DNA from: Leptospiraceae bacterium
Lineage (GTDB): Bacteria; Spirochaetota; Leptospiria; Leptospirales; Leptonemataceae
Assembly: GCA_040217195.1 (NCBI GenBank)
Contig: JAVJNR010000008.1
Span: 160,001 to 224,000 of the forward strand
DNA length: 64,000 nucleotides
Direction: 5' to 3'
Positions 1 through 9,113 of this stretch are shown here, one piece after another. The notes under the pieces were generated by a model that worked only from the letters and a program-made list of their open reading frames with translations, ran no database searches and was not told the DNA's origin. Position 1 is the stretch's first letter, and the number at the start of each line of letters is the position of its first letter. Made by a program: the position numbers and the translations under genes.

Positions 1-1530
1 CTGATGGTGGAGATTCTGGAGCCCTATCATGGATTGATCCTGGATCCTGCCTGTGGCTCCGGCGGTATGTTTGTGCAGAGTGCGCGGTTTGTTTCCAGGC
101 ATAAGAAGAATCCTTCGAAAGAGATTTCTATCTATGGTCAGGAATTGAAGGATCTGGCCATACCCATCGCTCGTATGAACCTGGCGGTGCATGGACTGGA
201 AGGGGATATTCGAAAAGAGAACTCCTATTACGATGATCTGCATAAAAGCACCGGTCGTTTTGACTATGTGCTTGCGAATCCGCCGTTTAACGTGAATGCG
301 GTGGATAAGGAGCGGCTGAAAACCGAGGTAGGAAAGGGCAAGCGCTATCCTCTGGGACTGCCGCGGACCGATAACGGAAACTATCTGTGGATTCAGATGT
401 TTTATTCGGCGTTGAACAAGAAAGGACGGGCCGGATTTGTAATGGCGAATTCGGCTTCGGATGCACGGTCCAGCGAGATGGAGCTGCGAAAGACGCTGAT
501 CGAAGACAGCGCGGTGGATGTGATGGTGGCGGTGGGTCCGAACATGTTCTACACGGTAACCCTTCCCTGTACTTTGTGGTTCCTCGATAAGGCAAAGCGG
601 GCTTTGCCACCCTCACCCCGATCCCCTCTCCCAGGGGGAGATGGGCAAATGGAGGGCTTGTCACCTTCTCCCCGATCCCCTCTCCCAACGGGAGATGGGA
701 AAAAGACTAAATATCGCGGTGGATTCGATTTTGCGAGTTTGAAGGAGCGGGCCAGGGAATTACGAAAGAAGAATACGGATGCGGAGTCCTTCCTATGGGA
801 GTTGTTGCGAAACAAGAATCTGGCAGGGTTGAAATTTCGCAGGCAGCACCAATTCGGCGAGTATATTGCGGATTTCTATTGTCATGAACTCGGACTGGTT
901 CTTGAGCTTGATGGCTCTGTGCACAGCAAAGCAGACCAGAAGAAGCATGATAAGAAACGGGATTCTTATCTGGAATCTCAGGGGCTTACTGTGATTCGTT
1001 TTGGGAATGCAGAAGCACTTGAGCAACCCGAAAAAATCCTTGAGAAGGTTCTTAAGGTGAAAGCCGATTCGACCATGACGAATGATTCCGGGATTGTCCG
1101 TGGCTGCGATACGGTGCTGTTTCTGGATGCGCGGCATATCTACCGCCAAATAGACCGGGCGCACCGGGACTGGACGGAAGGACAGATTGGATTTCTGGCC
1201 AATGTGGTGCGACTCTATAGAGGAGAAAAGCCAGACTATTCGCTGGGCGGCAAGGAAGCAGAGGAGAAGATGAAAGAGATCTTTGGAAAGAAGCCAGCCT
1301 ACGCAGATGTGGCCGGTCTATGCAAGGTAGCCACGGTTTCTGAAATAGCAGAGCAGGGTTACAGTCTGAATCCGGGCAGGTATGTGGGCGTGGCGGCCGG
1401 CGAAGAGATGGATGAGGATGATTTCAAGCAACGATTCGCGGCGTTGCATTCTGAATTCGAAGAGCTGACCAAGGAAGCGCATGGCCTGGAGAAGTTGATT
1501 TCGAAAAATGCGAAGGAGATCCTGGGGTGA
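1..1530 (+). CDS. hsdM: Type I restriction-modification methyltransferase subunit (5'-truncated by window edge) with internal DUF559-like nuclease insertion
   Basis: [10 protein letters not shown] (motif I), ANPPFN (motif IV, N6-adenine), C-terminal [10 protein letters not shown]; frame is open to position 1; stop overlaps the hsdS start. Confidence 0.93.
   Translation: MMVEILEPYHGLILDPACGSGGMFVQSARFVSRHKKNPSKEISIYGQELKDLAIPIARMNLAVHGLEGDIRKENSYYDDLHKSTGRFDYVLANPPFNVNAVDKERLKTEVGKGKRYPLGLPRTDNGNYLWIQMFYSALNKKGRAGFVMANSASDARSSEMELRKTLIEDSAVDVMVAVGPNMFYTVTLPCTLWFLDKAKRALPPSPRSPLPGGDGQMEGLSPSPRSPLPTGDGKKTKYRGGFDFASLKERARELRKKNTDAESFLWELLRNKNLAGLKFRRQHQFGEYIADFYCHELGLVLELDGSVHSKADQKKHDKKRDSYLESQGLTVIRFGNAEALEQPEKILEKVLKVKADSTMTNDSGIVRGCDTVLFLDARHIYRQIDRAHRDWTEGQIGFLANVVRLYRGEKPDYSLGGKEAEEKMKEIFGKKPAYADVAGLCKVATVSEIAEQGYSLNPGRYVGVAAGEEMDEDDFKQRFAALHSEFEELTKEAHGLEKLISKNAKEILG
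611..699. repeat. Two tandem REP-like palindromic units inside hsdM
   Basis: 611-645 and 664-699 share ccccgatcccctctccc-N3-gggagatggg, with stem tctccc/gggaga; they translate as [12 protein letters not shown] twice. Confidence 0.85.
712..1060 (+). other. DUF559 / Vsr-like (PD-(D/E)xK) endonuclease domain embedded in HsdM
   Basis: [63 protein letters not shown] are the typical DUF559 motifs. Confidence 0.85.
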
Positions 1531-2687
1531 TGAGTGGGGAGTCAGAAAAGAGGAGGATCCGCGAACTTTGTGACATTACCTCAAGTCGCCGAATCAAGCG
1601 TAGCGACTACCGTACCAAAGGTATTCCATTTTATCGGGGCAAGGAGATCATAGAGCGGAACAGTGGCGCCCAAAAAGTATCCACTGAGATCTTCCTGGAT
1701 CCCGAATACTTCCAAGAGTTAAAAAGTAAATATGGCGCCCCGGCGGCGGGCGATTTATTGTTAACTTCAGTCGGCACCCTTGGTGTCCCCTACATAGTTA
1801 AGCCGGGGGATCAGTTCTATTTCAAAGATGCAAATCTAACTTGGTTTCGAAACATTTCCGGCCTCAATGTGGAATTCCTGTACTATTGGTTGCTGGCCCC
1901 GGAAGGCCGCGCCCAGCTTAGCCGCTGCGTTATTGGTTCCTCGCAATCTGCCTATACAATCGCAGCGTTAAAGGAGATGGAAATCCCGCTCCCCCCGCTG
2001 GAAACGCAGAAGAAGATCGCGGGGATTCTTTCGGCGTATGATGATTTGATTGAGAATAATCTGAGAAGGATAAGGATTCTGGAGGAGATGGCCCGGGCGT
2101 TGTACAGGGAGTGGTTTGTGTACTTTCGGTTTCCAGGGCATGAGAAGGCGAAGTTTGTGGATTCGTCGATGGGGAGGATTCCGGAAGGATGGGAAGTGAA
2201 GAAGGTGGGGGAGGTGTGTGATTGGCAGTACGGTAAGTCCCTCAAGAGCTCAGATCGGACGGAGGGACCCTTTCCGGTCTACGGCTCGAGTGGTGTCGTC
2301 GGTTGGCACAACGAGGCCTTGGTTCCGGGGCCCAAGATTATTGTTGGTCGGAAAGGTAATGTCGGTTCAGTGTTTTACGAATCCAAGGACTTCTATCCTA
2401 TTGATACAGTTTTCTTTGTGAGTTCTGCAGCCCTGCCATTAGAATATTTGTTCTTCGACTTTCAGAGCAAGAATTTCATAAATAACGATGCTGCGGTGCC
2501 CGGCCTCAATAGAGAACAGGCGCGCTCGTTGCCTCTTCTTGTTCCGGACGCCCGAGTGTTGGAGCAATTCCGGCAAATTGTGAAGGAGACCTGGCGGACA
2601 GGAAACCTGCTCAAGGCAGAAAACAAGAATTTAACGGAAGCACGCCAAATGTTACTTCCGCAGCTTATCGGAGGGAGGCTTGTGTAG
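1527..2687 (+). CDS. hsdS: Type I R-M specificity subunit
   Basis: Two variable TRDs joined by the conserved [23 protein letters not shown]...[13 protein letters not shown]...IPEGWE spacer; C-terminal [11 protein letters not shown]; follows hsdM. Confidence 0.93.
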   Translation: MMSGESEKRRIRELCDITSSRRIKRSDYRTKGIPFYRGKEIIERNSGAQKVSTEIFLDPEYFQELKSKYGAPAAGDLLLTSVGTLGVPYIVKPGDQFYFKDANLTWFRNISGLNVEFLYYWLLAPEGRAQLSRCVIGSSQSAYTIAALKEMEIPLPPLETQKKIAGILSAYDDLIENNLRRIRILEEMARALYREWFVYFRFPGHEKAKFVDSSMGRIPEGWEVKKVGEVCDWQYGKSLKSSDRTEGPFPVYGSSGVVGWHNEALVPGPKIIVGRKGNVGSVFYESKDFYPIDTVFFVSSAALPLEYLFFDFQSKNFINNDAAVPGLNREQARSLPLLVPDARVLEQFRQIVKETWRTGNLLKAENKNLTEARQMLLPQLIGGRLV

Positions 2688-2712
2688 AGCCACGTCCTGA
2701 TTTGAACTTGCC

Positions 2713-2737
2713 AACTGAGGCCACGAGTGGCCCAGTT
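2713..2737. promoter_or_regulatory. Inverted repeat (possible operator or hairpin) upstream of the MTase
   Basis: AACTG-a-GGCCAC-ga-GTGGCC-CAGTT, about 70 bp upstream of 2807. Confidence 0.35.
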
Positions 2738-2806
2738 ACACTAGCAGGCAAGCCGATCCTCAAGGTATGCAGATTGGCGCGCATATGAATATATAAGAAT
2801 TGATCC

Positions 2807-3640
2807 GTGAATAGTACAACAGCAAAGAGGATAGAGAAGTCTTTGCCATCAATGACTTCCGATGCCGTTTATTTCGTCCATAGAGGAGGCTCCGTTAATG
2901 GGACAGTAGTCAATGCTGATGCTCTGGAATTCCTTGCCGCAAAGCGCAGCGAATCCGCAGATATCGTATTTTTGGATCCACCATTTAATCTTGGTAAAGA
3001 TTACGGGGATAAGAAAAAAGTATCTGACCGATTGGCCAGGACGGTGTACGAAGAGTGGCTTGGCTCCATCCTACGACAGAGCATTCGCATTCTAGCACCT
3101 GGCGGAACACTTTATTTTTATCATATTCCAGAGTGGGCGTTGCGTGTAGGCCACCTGTTGAATGCTGCATTGGATTTCAAGCACTGGATTGCCGTTTCCA
3201 TGAAGAATGGATTCGTTCGGAGGGAAGGTCTTTATCCAGCGCATTATGCATTGCTAATGTACACAAAGGGAGCTCCAGCCGTGCTGCGGCGTCCAAAGAT
3301 CGCGCCGCAGCATTGTCGGCACTGTGGCGAACTTCTCAAGGATTATGGAGGCTACAAAGACATCATCATGAACTCTGGTATAAATTTATCGGACTTCTGG
3401 GATGATTTGAGTCCAGTTCGTCACGGGAATACAAAGAATAGACTCCAAAACGAACTGCCTGCCCTTCTATTTAAAAGGATTATTGAGATAAGTGGGAAAT
3501 CGGGTGGCTTGTATATTGATCCGTTTTGTGGGACGGGCTCTGGTGTGCTTGCCGCCGTCGCGGGCGGAATGCGATTCGGGGCTTGTGATATTTTGGAATG
3601 GAATTGTCAGATAGTGAATTTTAGATTGAGCAATAGCTGA
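2807..3640 (+). CDS. Beta-class N4-cytosine/N6-adenine DNA methyltransferase
   Basis: Catalytic DPPFN precedes the SAM-binding DPFCGTGS; CRHC motif in the variable region. Confidence 0.88.
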   Translation: MNSTTAKRIEKSLPSMTSDAVYFVHRGGSVNGTVVNADALEFLAAKRSESADIVFLDPPFNLGKDYGDKKKVSDRLARTVYEEWLGSILRQSIRILAPGGTLYFYHIPEWALRVGHLLNAALDFKHWIAVSMKNGFVRREGLYPAHYALLMYTKGAPAVLRRPKIAPQHCRHCGELLKDYGGYKDIIMNSGINLSDFWDDLSPVRHGNTKNRLQNELPALLFKRIIEISGKSGGLYIDPFCGTGSGVLAAVAGGMRFGACDILEWNCQIVNFRLSNS

Positions 3641-3656
3641 GGAGAGGGTAGTAGGA

Positions 3657-5021
3657 ATGTCTGATTTCATGGCCAGTGGCTTTCCCAAAAAACGGTTCTT
3701 TATCGAGATGTTCACTCGGGATATCTATCTTGAGGATTGTATACTCGATCTAGTGGACAATGCTATTGATGGTTACTTGCGCAATTGTGGCGAAAAAATG
3801 AATATTGAAAAGCTTCTTTGGCAGAAGGAGATGGTCAAGAGAACAAGCAAAAGAAAGATTGAAATAAATTGGAGTTCAACGCAGTTCAGTATCAAAGACA
3901 ATTGCGGTGGGATCTCCAGCGATATAGCCCGGACTGACCTTTTCTCGATGGGGCATTCGAAGGATTACGACAAAGGGGTACTAGGGGCTTATGGTATAGG
4001 TCTAAAAAGAGCACTGTTCAAGATTGGCGACACTATTTCTCTTTCCTCATTCACAATGGAGGAAGGAATCAAAGTTGATTTGAACGTTCCTGAATGGGCC
4101 GCTAAGGATTCAGGTCGTAAGGGCGACTGGGATATTCCAGTCCAAGCCGTAGGTGTGCCGACAGCAAAATTCAAGGGGACCACTCAAATTGCGATCCAAG
4201 ACTTGCGTGACTCAGTTTCAAAACTTTTTTCAGATGCAAATTTCCAGTCGTCGGTCGTTCACCGAATAGGGGTGACTTACTCACTTTTTCTGAAATCGGA
4301 TATAGCTATTTACGTGAATGGTCAGGCGGTTACTCCAGTGGATATTCCATTGGGGAGCAGCGAAGATATACAGCCTTCTATCGAAACTATTCCCAACGCT
4401 GGAGGGACAACAGCTACCATTATTGTAAGTGTCGCAGCCAAAAAGCAATGGAGAGAATCAACAGCAGGTTGGTACATTCTTTGTAACGGCCGAGTGGTGG
4501 TGTTCGCAAATAAGACGGAATTAACGGGCTGGGGCCTACCTGTCGGACTGCCAGCTTTCCATTCAAAATTTAGAGGCTTTATTGGTCTGGCTATTTTTGA
4601 GTCGAATGACCCTCTAAAACTGCCATGGACCACCACAAAACAAGGCTTGCATCGAGAGTCTGCAGCGTACCAAGCCGTACGTCAACATATGTTTGCACTT
4701 GCTCGCCCCGTGATTTCATTTCTAAACAGTTTATACGCGGGGGAAGCAGCTCCGAATGAGGCCGATGAACGCCGCATTCGTGATCAAACTACTCAAGCTG
4801 ATTTAGCGGGCGTTGTCAGTAAATCGCGCTCTGAGGAGACAAAGTCCACCTTTAGGGTTACAAGCGGCACTCAGAAGAAAAAGAGTACAACAATCCGGAT
4901 TTCCTTTTCGGTTCCAAAGGCTGAGAGAGACCGAGTCATGAAATCTCTAAGGCGTGGAGAACTCCCTAATTCAGACATCGGAAAGCATGTATGGCAGTAT
5001 TACATTGATTCGGAGCTTTAA
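3657..5021 (+). CDS. GHKL (Hsp90/MutL/MORC-like) ATPase
   Basis: N-box DLVDNAID, G1 DNCGG, G2 GAYGIGLK, followed by S5-like GWYILCNGRVV...FRG; no nuclease motif recognised. Confidence 0.8.
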   Translation: MSDFMASGFPKKRFFIEMFTRDIYLEDCILDLVDNAIDGYLRNCGEKMNIEKLLWQKEMVKRTSKRKIEINWSSTQFSIKDNCGGISSDIARTDLFSMGHSKDYDKGVLGAYGIGLKRALFKIGDTISLSSFTMEEGIKVDLNVPEWAAKDSGRKGDWDIPVQAVGVPTAKFKGTTQIAIQDLRDSVSKLFSDANFQSSVVHRIGVTYSLFLKSDIAIYVNGQAVTPVDIPLGSSEDIQPSIETIPNAGGTTATIIVSVAAKKQWRESTAGWYILCNGRVVVFANKTELTGWGLPVGLPAFHSKFRGFIGLAIFESNDPLKLPWTTTKQGLHRESAAYQAVRQHMFALARPVISFLNSLYAGEAAPNEADERRIRDQTTQADLAGVVSKSRSEETKSTFRVTSGTQKKKSTTIRISFSVPKAERDRVMKSLRRGELPNSDIGKHVWQYYIDSEL

Positions 5022-5022
5022 A

Positions 5023-5973
5023 ATGGCGATCGGAGAAAGCTATCGAAAAGTAAACTATGAACTGCGGCCTGCGAAGCAGATTGAACGTAGGATGATGGTC
5101 GATGTCCTAATGAAGCTGAGTACCGTTGGATTCCAGATATCCGAATACGTTTATGTGGGCTTTGGTTCTGTCTTCTTTGTGGATTATACCTTGTTCCATA
5201 AGTTTCTGGGGATTCGAAGAATGGTGAGCATTGAGGGCGGCAGCAATGTTGAAAGGAGAGTCCATTTCAATAAGCCCTACGATTTTGTGGACATCTATAT
5301 CGGCGATTTTTCGAGCTATGTGCAGAGTCTTCAGGGAATGAATGAAGTTATCCTCTGGCTTGATTTTGACAACGTTCTCGATTCAAGTATGGTTCGCGAC
5401 CTAGACTCGGCTGTGGGATACCTCAAATCAAACTCCATTATTATAGCCACAGTAGATTCTGAGCCACCGGGCTCAGAAAAAGACGGGCCAGCGGAATGGT
5501 TCTCGCACTTTAATGAGGTGGCCCCGGCCGAGGCAGCGGAATTTGCTAGTGCGGAGGCGCCAGACAGGATTGCCAGACGCCATATTTCAAAATTAAATCA
5601 GACTATTTTGGAAAGGCGACTCCAAGAGGCTTGTAACTATTCCGGTCGAGAGTACTTTCCACTCTTCAATTTCTTCTATGGTGACGGTCATGATATGTTA
5701 ACCGTTGGGGGCATTATTCTTGATAGCGATGCAGACCGCAGTAACATTAGAGGCGCGATTGACAACCTCCCATTCATTAGGGCACAAACCGGGATGGAGC
5801 ACTATTCAATTCGAGTTCCGAATCTGACCAGGAAGGAACGAATATACTTGGATTCATGCATGCCATGTGCGGATGGTTGGTTACCGGAGGAATTTGAGAT
5901 GCTGCCGGGAGAACCAGAACATTACAGGGAGCTATTCAAGTATTTGCCGGCCTACGCTGAGCTGTTGCTATAA
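5023..5973 (+). CDS. Putative SAM-dependent (O-)methyltransferase-like protein
   Basis: ATG 1 nt after the ATPase stop; NYELRPAKQIERRMM, YVGFGSVFFVDY, ILWLDFD and FNFFYGDGHDMLTVG resemble the 'putative O-methyltransferase' family. Confidence 0.65.
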   Translation: MAIGESYRKVNYELRPAKQIERRMMVDVLMKLSTVGFQISEYVYVGFGSVFFVDYTLFHKFLGIRRMVSIEGGSNVERRVHFNKPYDFVDIYIGDFSSYVQSLQGMNEVILWLDFDNVLDSSMVRDLDSAVGYLKSNSIIIATVDSEPPGSEKDGPAEWFSHFNEVAPAEAAEFASAEAPDRIARRHISKLNQTILERRLQEACNYSGREYFPLFNFFYGDGHDMLTVGGIILDSDADRSNIRGAIDNLPFIRAQTGMEHYSIRVPNLTRKERIYLDSCMPCADGWLPEEFEMLPGEPEHYRELFKYLPAYAELLL

Positions 5974-6027
5974 TTGCCTTACCGCCAAGCAATTCCCTCC
6001 GAGGCTCTATTATAGGGTCCTCGCAGC

Positions 6028-6539
6028 TTGGATTTTTCTTCGGAGCCAGATCCTCTCGTGGAGATGGCTCGTACCGATGGAAAGCGTGCCACAGATCGGT
6101 TTCGTGTGGTGAGCATCCCGGAACCAGTGGAAGGGCGAATCGATCTAACATTCTTTGCTGTAGGGCTCTCCCGATTGCAGATCTCCGAGCACTGGGAGGA
6201 GCGTATCCGCCCGCTGGAAGCCGGTCAGGTGCTTTCGCTGGTGCGCGACCCAGAAAATGAATACGACGCTAACGCCATCAGAATCGAAAGCTATAAAGCC
6301 CTGGTTGGGTGCCTGCCTACTATGCAGAGGCTCTGGCGCCTTTACTGGACAAAGATGCATCCTCTCTGGAATGCCAGGTGCGGCGTGTAAATTACCCGCC
6401 GACTATGTACACGCCGGATATCTTGCTGTTGAATATCGGTGGTGTATGGCCGGAAGGGTGGCAGCCGTTTTCCGGGCCGGATTTTCAGCCGATCGTGAGT
6501 GAGCGGGAAGTGCGGGCGTACCGGGCGACAACCTTCTGA
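6028..6539 (+). pseudogene. HIRAN-domain protein, frameshifted near 6311-6318 and probably 5'-truncated
   Basis: LSLVRDPENEYDANAIRI...VGCLP in one frame continues as PAYYAEAL...WPEGWQPF in another; ARTDGKRATD motif as in HIRAN proteins that partner HipA-like kinases. Confidence 0.7.
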
Positions 6540-6554
6540 ACGCATCGTCCTAGA
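6277..6554 (+). repeat. Direct repeat copy 1 (3' end of HIRAN gene)
   Basis: Near-identical to 8611-8879; about 5 substitutions counted in the first ~215 bp. Confidence 0.95.
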
Positions 6555-6695
6555 ACTTCTGAAATTTCGCTCATATGGTCCCGCTTGTCAATAACTTCCA
6601 AGACCGGTGCCAGCAAGAAAGGAAAAAAGACTATACTTCCTCAACCAATCGAACCAATGAAAGATAAAATTCTAGATTTCTCATAGGAAAATCCA

Positions 6696-7964
6696 GTGCT
6701 CAAGCGAATCCTTATTCTCACCGGTGGACCATTACTCCTTGGGGCTCTCTTCCTCAGCTGCAGCCGGAACGCGGACTATGCTGTCGTGGATCGAGTCGGG
6801 CACGTAGATTCAAACGACAGCCGGTTTTCCTATGTGCCGGACAATCTCAAGGATGGTGATCCTACAACATCCTGGCAAACTCGCGGGCACTGGAAGAAGC
6901 GACCGGTCATGCTCGATCTCAAGTTTCGGGATTCTGTCGATATCGAATCTATCCGGCTCTGGAATGGCTACCAGAAGTCGGCAGCCCCCTGGGGCGATCT
7001 CTACTATAAAAACCAACGCATCCGGCGACTCAAGATATGCGTGAACGCTGCGGCACGTTGTATTGAGACGCAAGTGCTGGACCATACCGGTCCGCAGGAA
7101 ATTCAAATCCGTGAGAACGATGTAACCAGGCTTACGCTGCATATATTGTCGTGGTACACTGGCTCGAAATGGCAGGATCTGGCTATCTCAGAAATAGAGG
7201 TGGTCCAAAAGCCGTCCACCTTCCTCTACATAATGATCGGTCTGGTCGGCACGGGGATCGCCATTGCCCTGTACTTTCAACTTCGTATTCCAACGGTGCG
7301 CGCACATTCGGGAAAATTCGTTCAGCATTTGCTTCGCTCAATCGCACAGGCCTTGAAAGCGCGCGCTTCGTTTCCATGGCCGGCAGCATTAGCTATGGTG
7401 CGTTTCATCGGAGCACGAGTTATTCTGGCGGTCCTGATCGTAGGCGGGGCGTATCCGGGCATAGCGTTCTTCGAGCAGAATGCGCACCACGTTCATATTC
7501 TTTTTTTCAACAAGAACGAAGAATATGCCGGTAGGCTCTTTATTGCCATTGCCCGACTCGAAGAGCTGGAAAGACAGAATCCTTCCGAAGTGAGTCGCGA
7601 ATGCCGCAATCTAATGGGTACTTTTGATTCTCAGCCGGTCACGGATGGGGATCTAATCGGTCTCAAAGATGCGACGCGCCAGCTATGCCTCCTTGAACCC
7701 GAGCTGCGTCGCGAAGCCGATGGTCTGGAAGGCAAAGTGTTGCTGAGTTTCTTTCGAATGCTGTTTACCGGCAACCTGGAGGGGAGTCCTATGGATCGCT
7801 TCATCGTCTTACGGGAGGAGTATCGCAATCAAATGGAGCAGTACAAATACCATGCAGAAATTGTGAATAGCAGGTATCGCTCGGTGAAATCGGATTTGTG
7901 GAAGTTGGACGCCTCAAACCGGAGATTGTATTTGGTGGGTGGTTACAGTCCGTTTGGATTCTGA
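6696..7964 (+). CDS. Membrane/lipoprotein with discoidin-like (NADase-type glycan-binding) domain
   Basis: Signal ending LFLSC; DGDPTTSW, IRLWNGYQKS, YYKNQRIRRL, LAISEIE; two hydrophobic segments and a helical C-terminus. Confidence 0.6.
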   Translation: MLKRILILTGGPLLLGALFLSCSRNADYAVVDRVGHVDSNDSRFSYVPDNLKDGDPTTSWQTRGHWKKRPVMLDLKFRDSVDIESIRLWNGYQKSAAPWGDLYYKNQRIRRLKICVNAAARCIETQVLDHTGPQEIQIRENDVTRLTLHILSWYTGSKWQDLAISEIEVVQKPSTFLYIMIGLVGTGIAIALYFQLRIPTVRAHSGKFVQHLLRSIAQALKARASFPWPAALAMVRFIGARVILAVLIVGGAYPGIAFFEQNAHHVHILFFNKNEEYAGRLFIAIARLEELERQNPSEVSRECRNLMGTFDSQPVTDGDLIGLKDATRQLCLLEPELRREADGLEGKVLLSFFRMLFTGNLEGSPMDRFIVLREEYRNQMEQYKYHAEIVNSRYRSVKSDLWKLDASNRRLYLVGGYSPFGF

Positions 7965-8014
7965 AAGCATTCGTTTGATTCTGCGACGCCGGGTCAAAAA
8001 CAAATAGGGACCTC

Positions 8015-8476
8015 CTAAATCAAAGTAATCCAGGTTGTATCCCCGGCCCCCCTTCGGGCCGGCCGTTTCTCAGTCTTCCAGGCGTAGTTCTGATTGCCGA
8101 AAACGGAATCCATCGCCCTCGGTACAAGCCTGTACGCCATATTATTTCGATCCGGGATTTCATCTGAAAGTCCGGACTTCAGGCTCTCCTGTACAGCTCT
8201 CCAAGGAACTCCACCGTTTCGCAGCTGCTGCAGTAATCGTTCTTCCGTGCGAAAGGTCGTGATTGCCATTTCTTCTTCTGAAGTATTGGCATCAGATTTC
8301 CTTTTCGCTTTTGACCCGCCGAAATGAGCGCTAACTCGTCCCTCTTTGATCTTGCCGAAGGTGTCGCCACCCTTATTGGAAAGTGGGATGGAAATTCCGC
8401 TACCTCTCTTCCAGACGCTCAGGCGGGGGCCACTCTTTCCAAAAGTGAAGGGACCTATGCGAAATCTAAATCTCAT
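8015..8476 (-). CDS. Hypothetical protein with DUF4236-like N-terminus
   Basis: MRFRFRIGPFTFGKSGPRLSV N-terminus; gagag 6-10 nt upstream. Confidence 0.55.
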   Translation of the reverse strand: MRFRFRIGPFTFGKSGPRLSVWKRGSGISIPLSNKGGDTFGKIKEGRVSAHFGGSKAKRKSDANTSEEEMAITTFRTEERLLQQLRNGGVPWRAVQESLKSGLSDEIPDRNNMAYRLVPRAMDSVFGNQNYAWKTEKRPARRGAGDTTWITLI

Positions 8477-8610
8477 GGCTTATGTTCTCTCTACCGGATT
8501 TCTACGGGCTACTCTCATTGCTTCCGGCTGATCTATCGACGTCTACAAGAAATTATGCCCTTCGAGAAAGCAGGCCGCTTGTCTGACCAGAGACGGAATG
8601 CTTTCATAAA

Positions 8611-8879
8611 ATCAGAATCGAAAGCTATAAAGCCCTGGTTGGGTGCCTGCCTACTATGCAGAGGCTCTGGCGCCTTTACTGGACAAAGCTGCATCCTCTC
8701 TGGAATTCCAGGTGCGGCGTGTAAATTACCCGCCGACTATGTTCACGCCGGATATCTTGCTGTTGAATATCGGTGGCGTATGGCCGGAAGGGTGGCAGCC
8801 GTTTTCCGGGCCGGTTTTTCAGCCGATTGTGCGCGAGCAGGGAGTGGGGGCGACAACCTTCTGAACGCATCAGCCTAGA
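8611..8879 (+). repeat. Direct repeat copy 2 (orphan HIRAN 3' fragment)
   Basis: Matches 6277-6554 including the same frameshift site; no HIRAN 5' part upstream. Confidence 0.95.
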
Positions 8880-9113
8880 TCACCATATTCGAGACAGATG
8901 TTTTCGAATCAGAAACGCGCCAGCTATATGAATGCCCTGCTCAGCGAAAGACCGCGCATACCTGCGAGCAAGATCTTTTACGTTGTAACAAACATTACCC
9001 TCGATTATTCAGACTCCCTGTAGAGCCACGCCGCATCGAACCTGAACTAAAAATCAATCGCCGGCGCCCAGCGATCACTGATACTGACAGGAAATAAAAT
9101 ATCAGAGGTTTGT

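Noticed and set aside
598..1107. Intein in HsdM
   Set aside because: No N-terminal Cys/Ser block A, no His-Asn before a nucleophile, and no LAGLIDADG motifs.
8324..8878. 184-aa ORF 8324-8878 and 114-aa ORF 9110-9454
   Set aside because: Shadow frames: the first overlaps the DUF4236-like gene and the off-frame HIRAN repeat; the second overlays the 56-aa membrane ORF.
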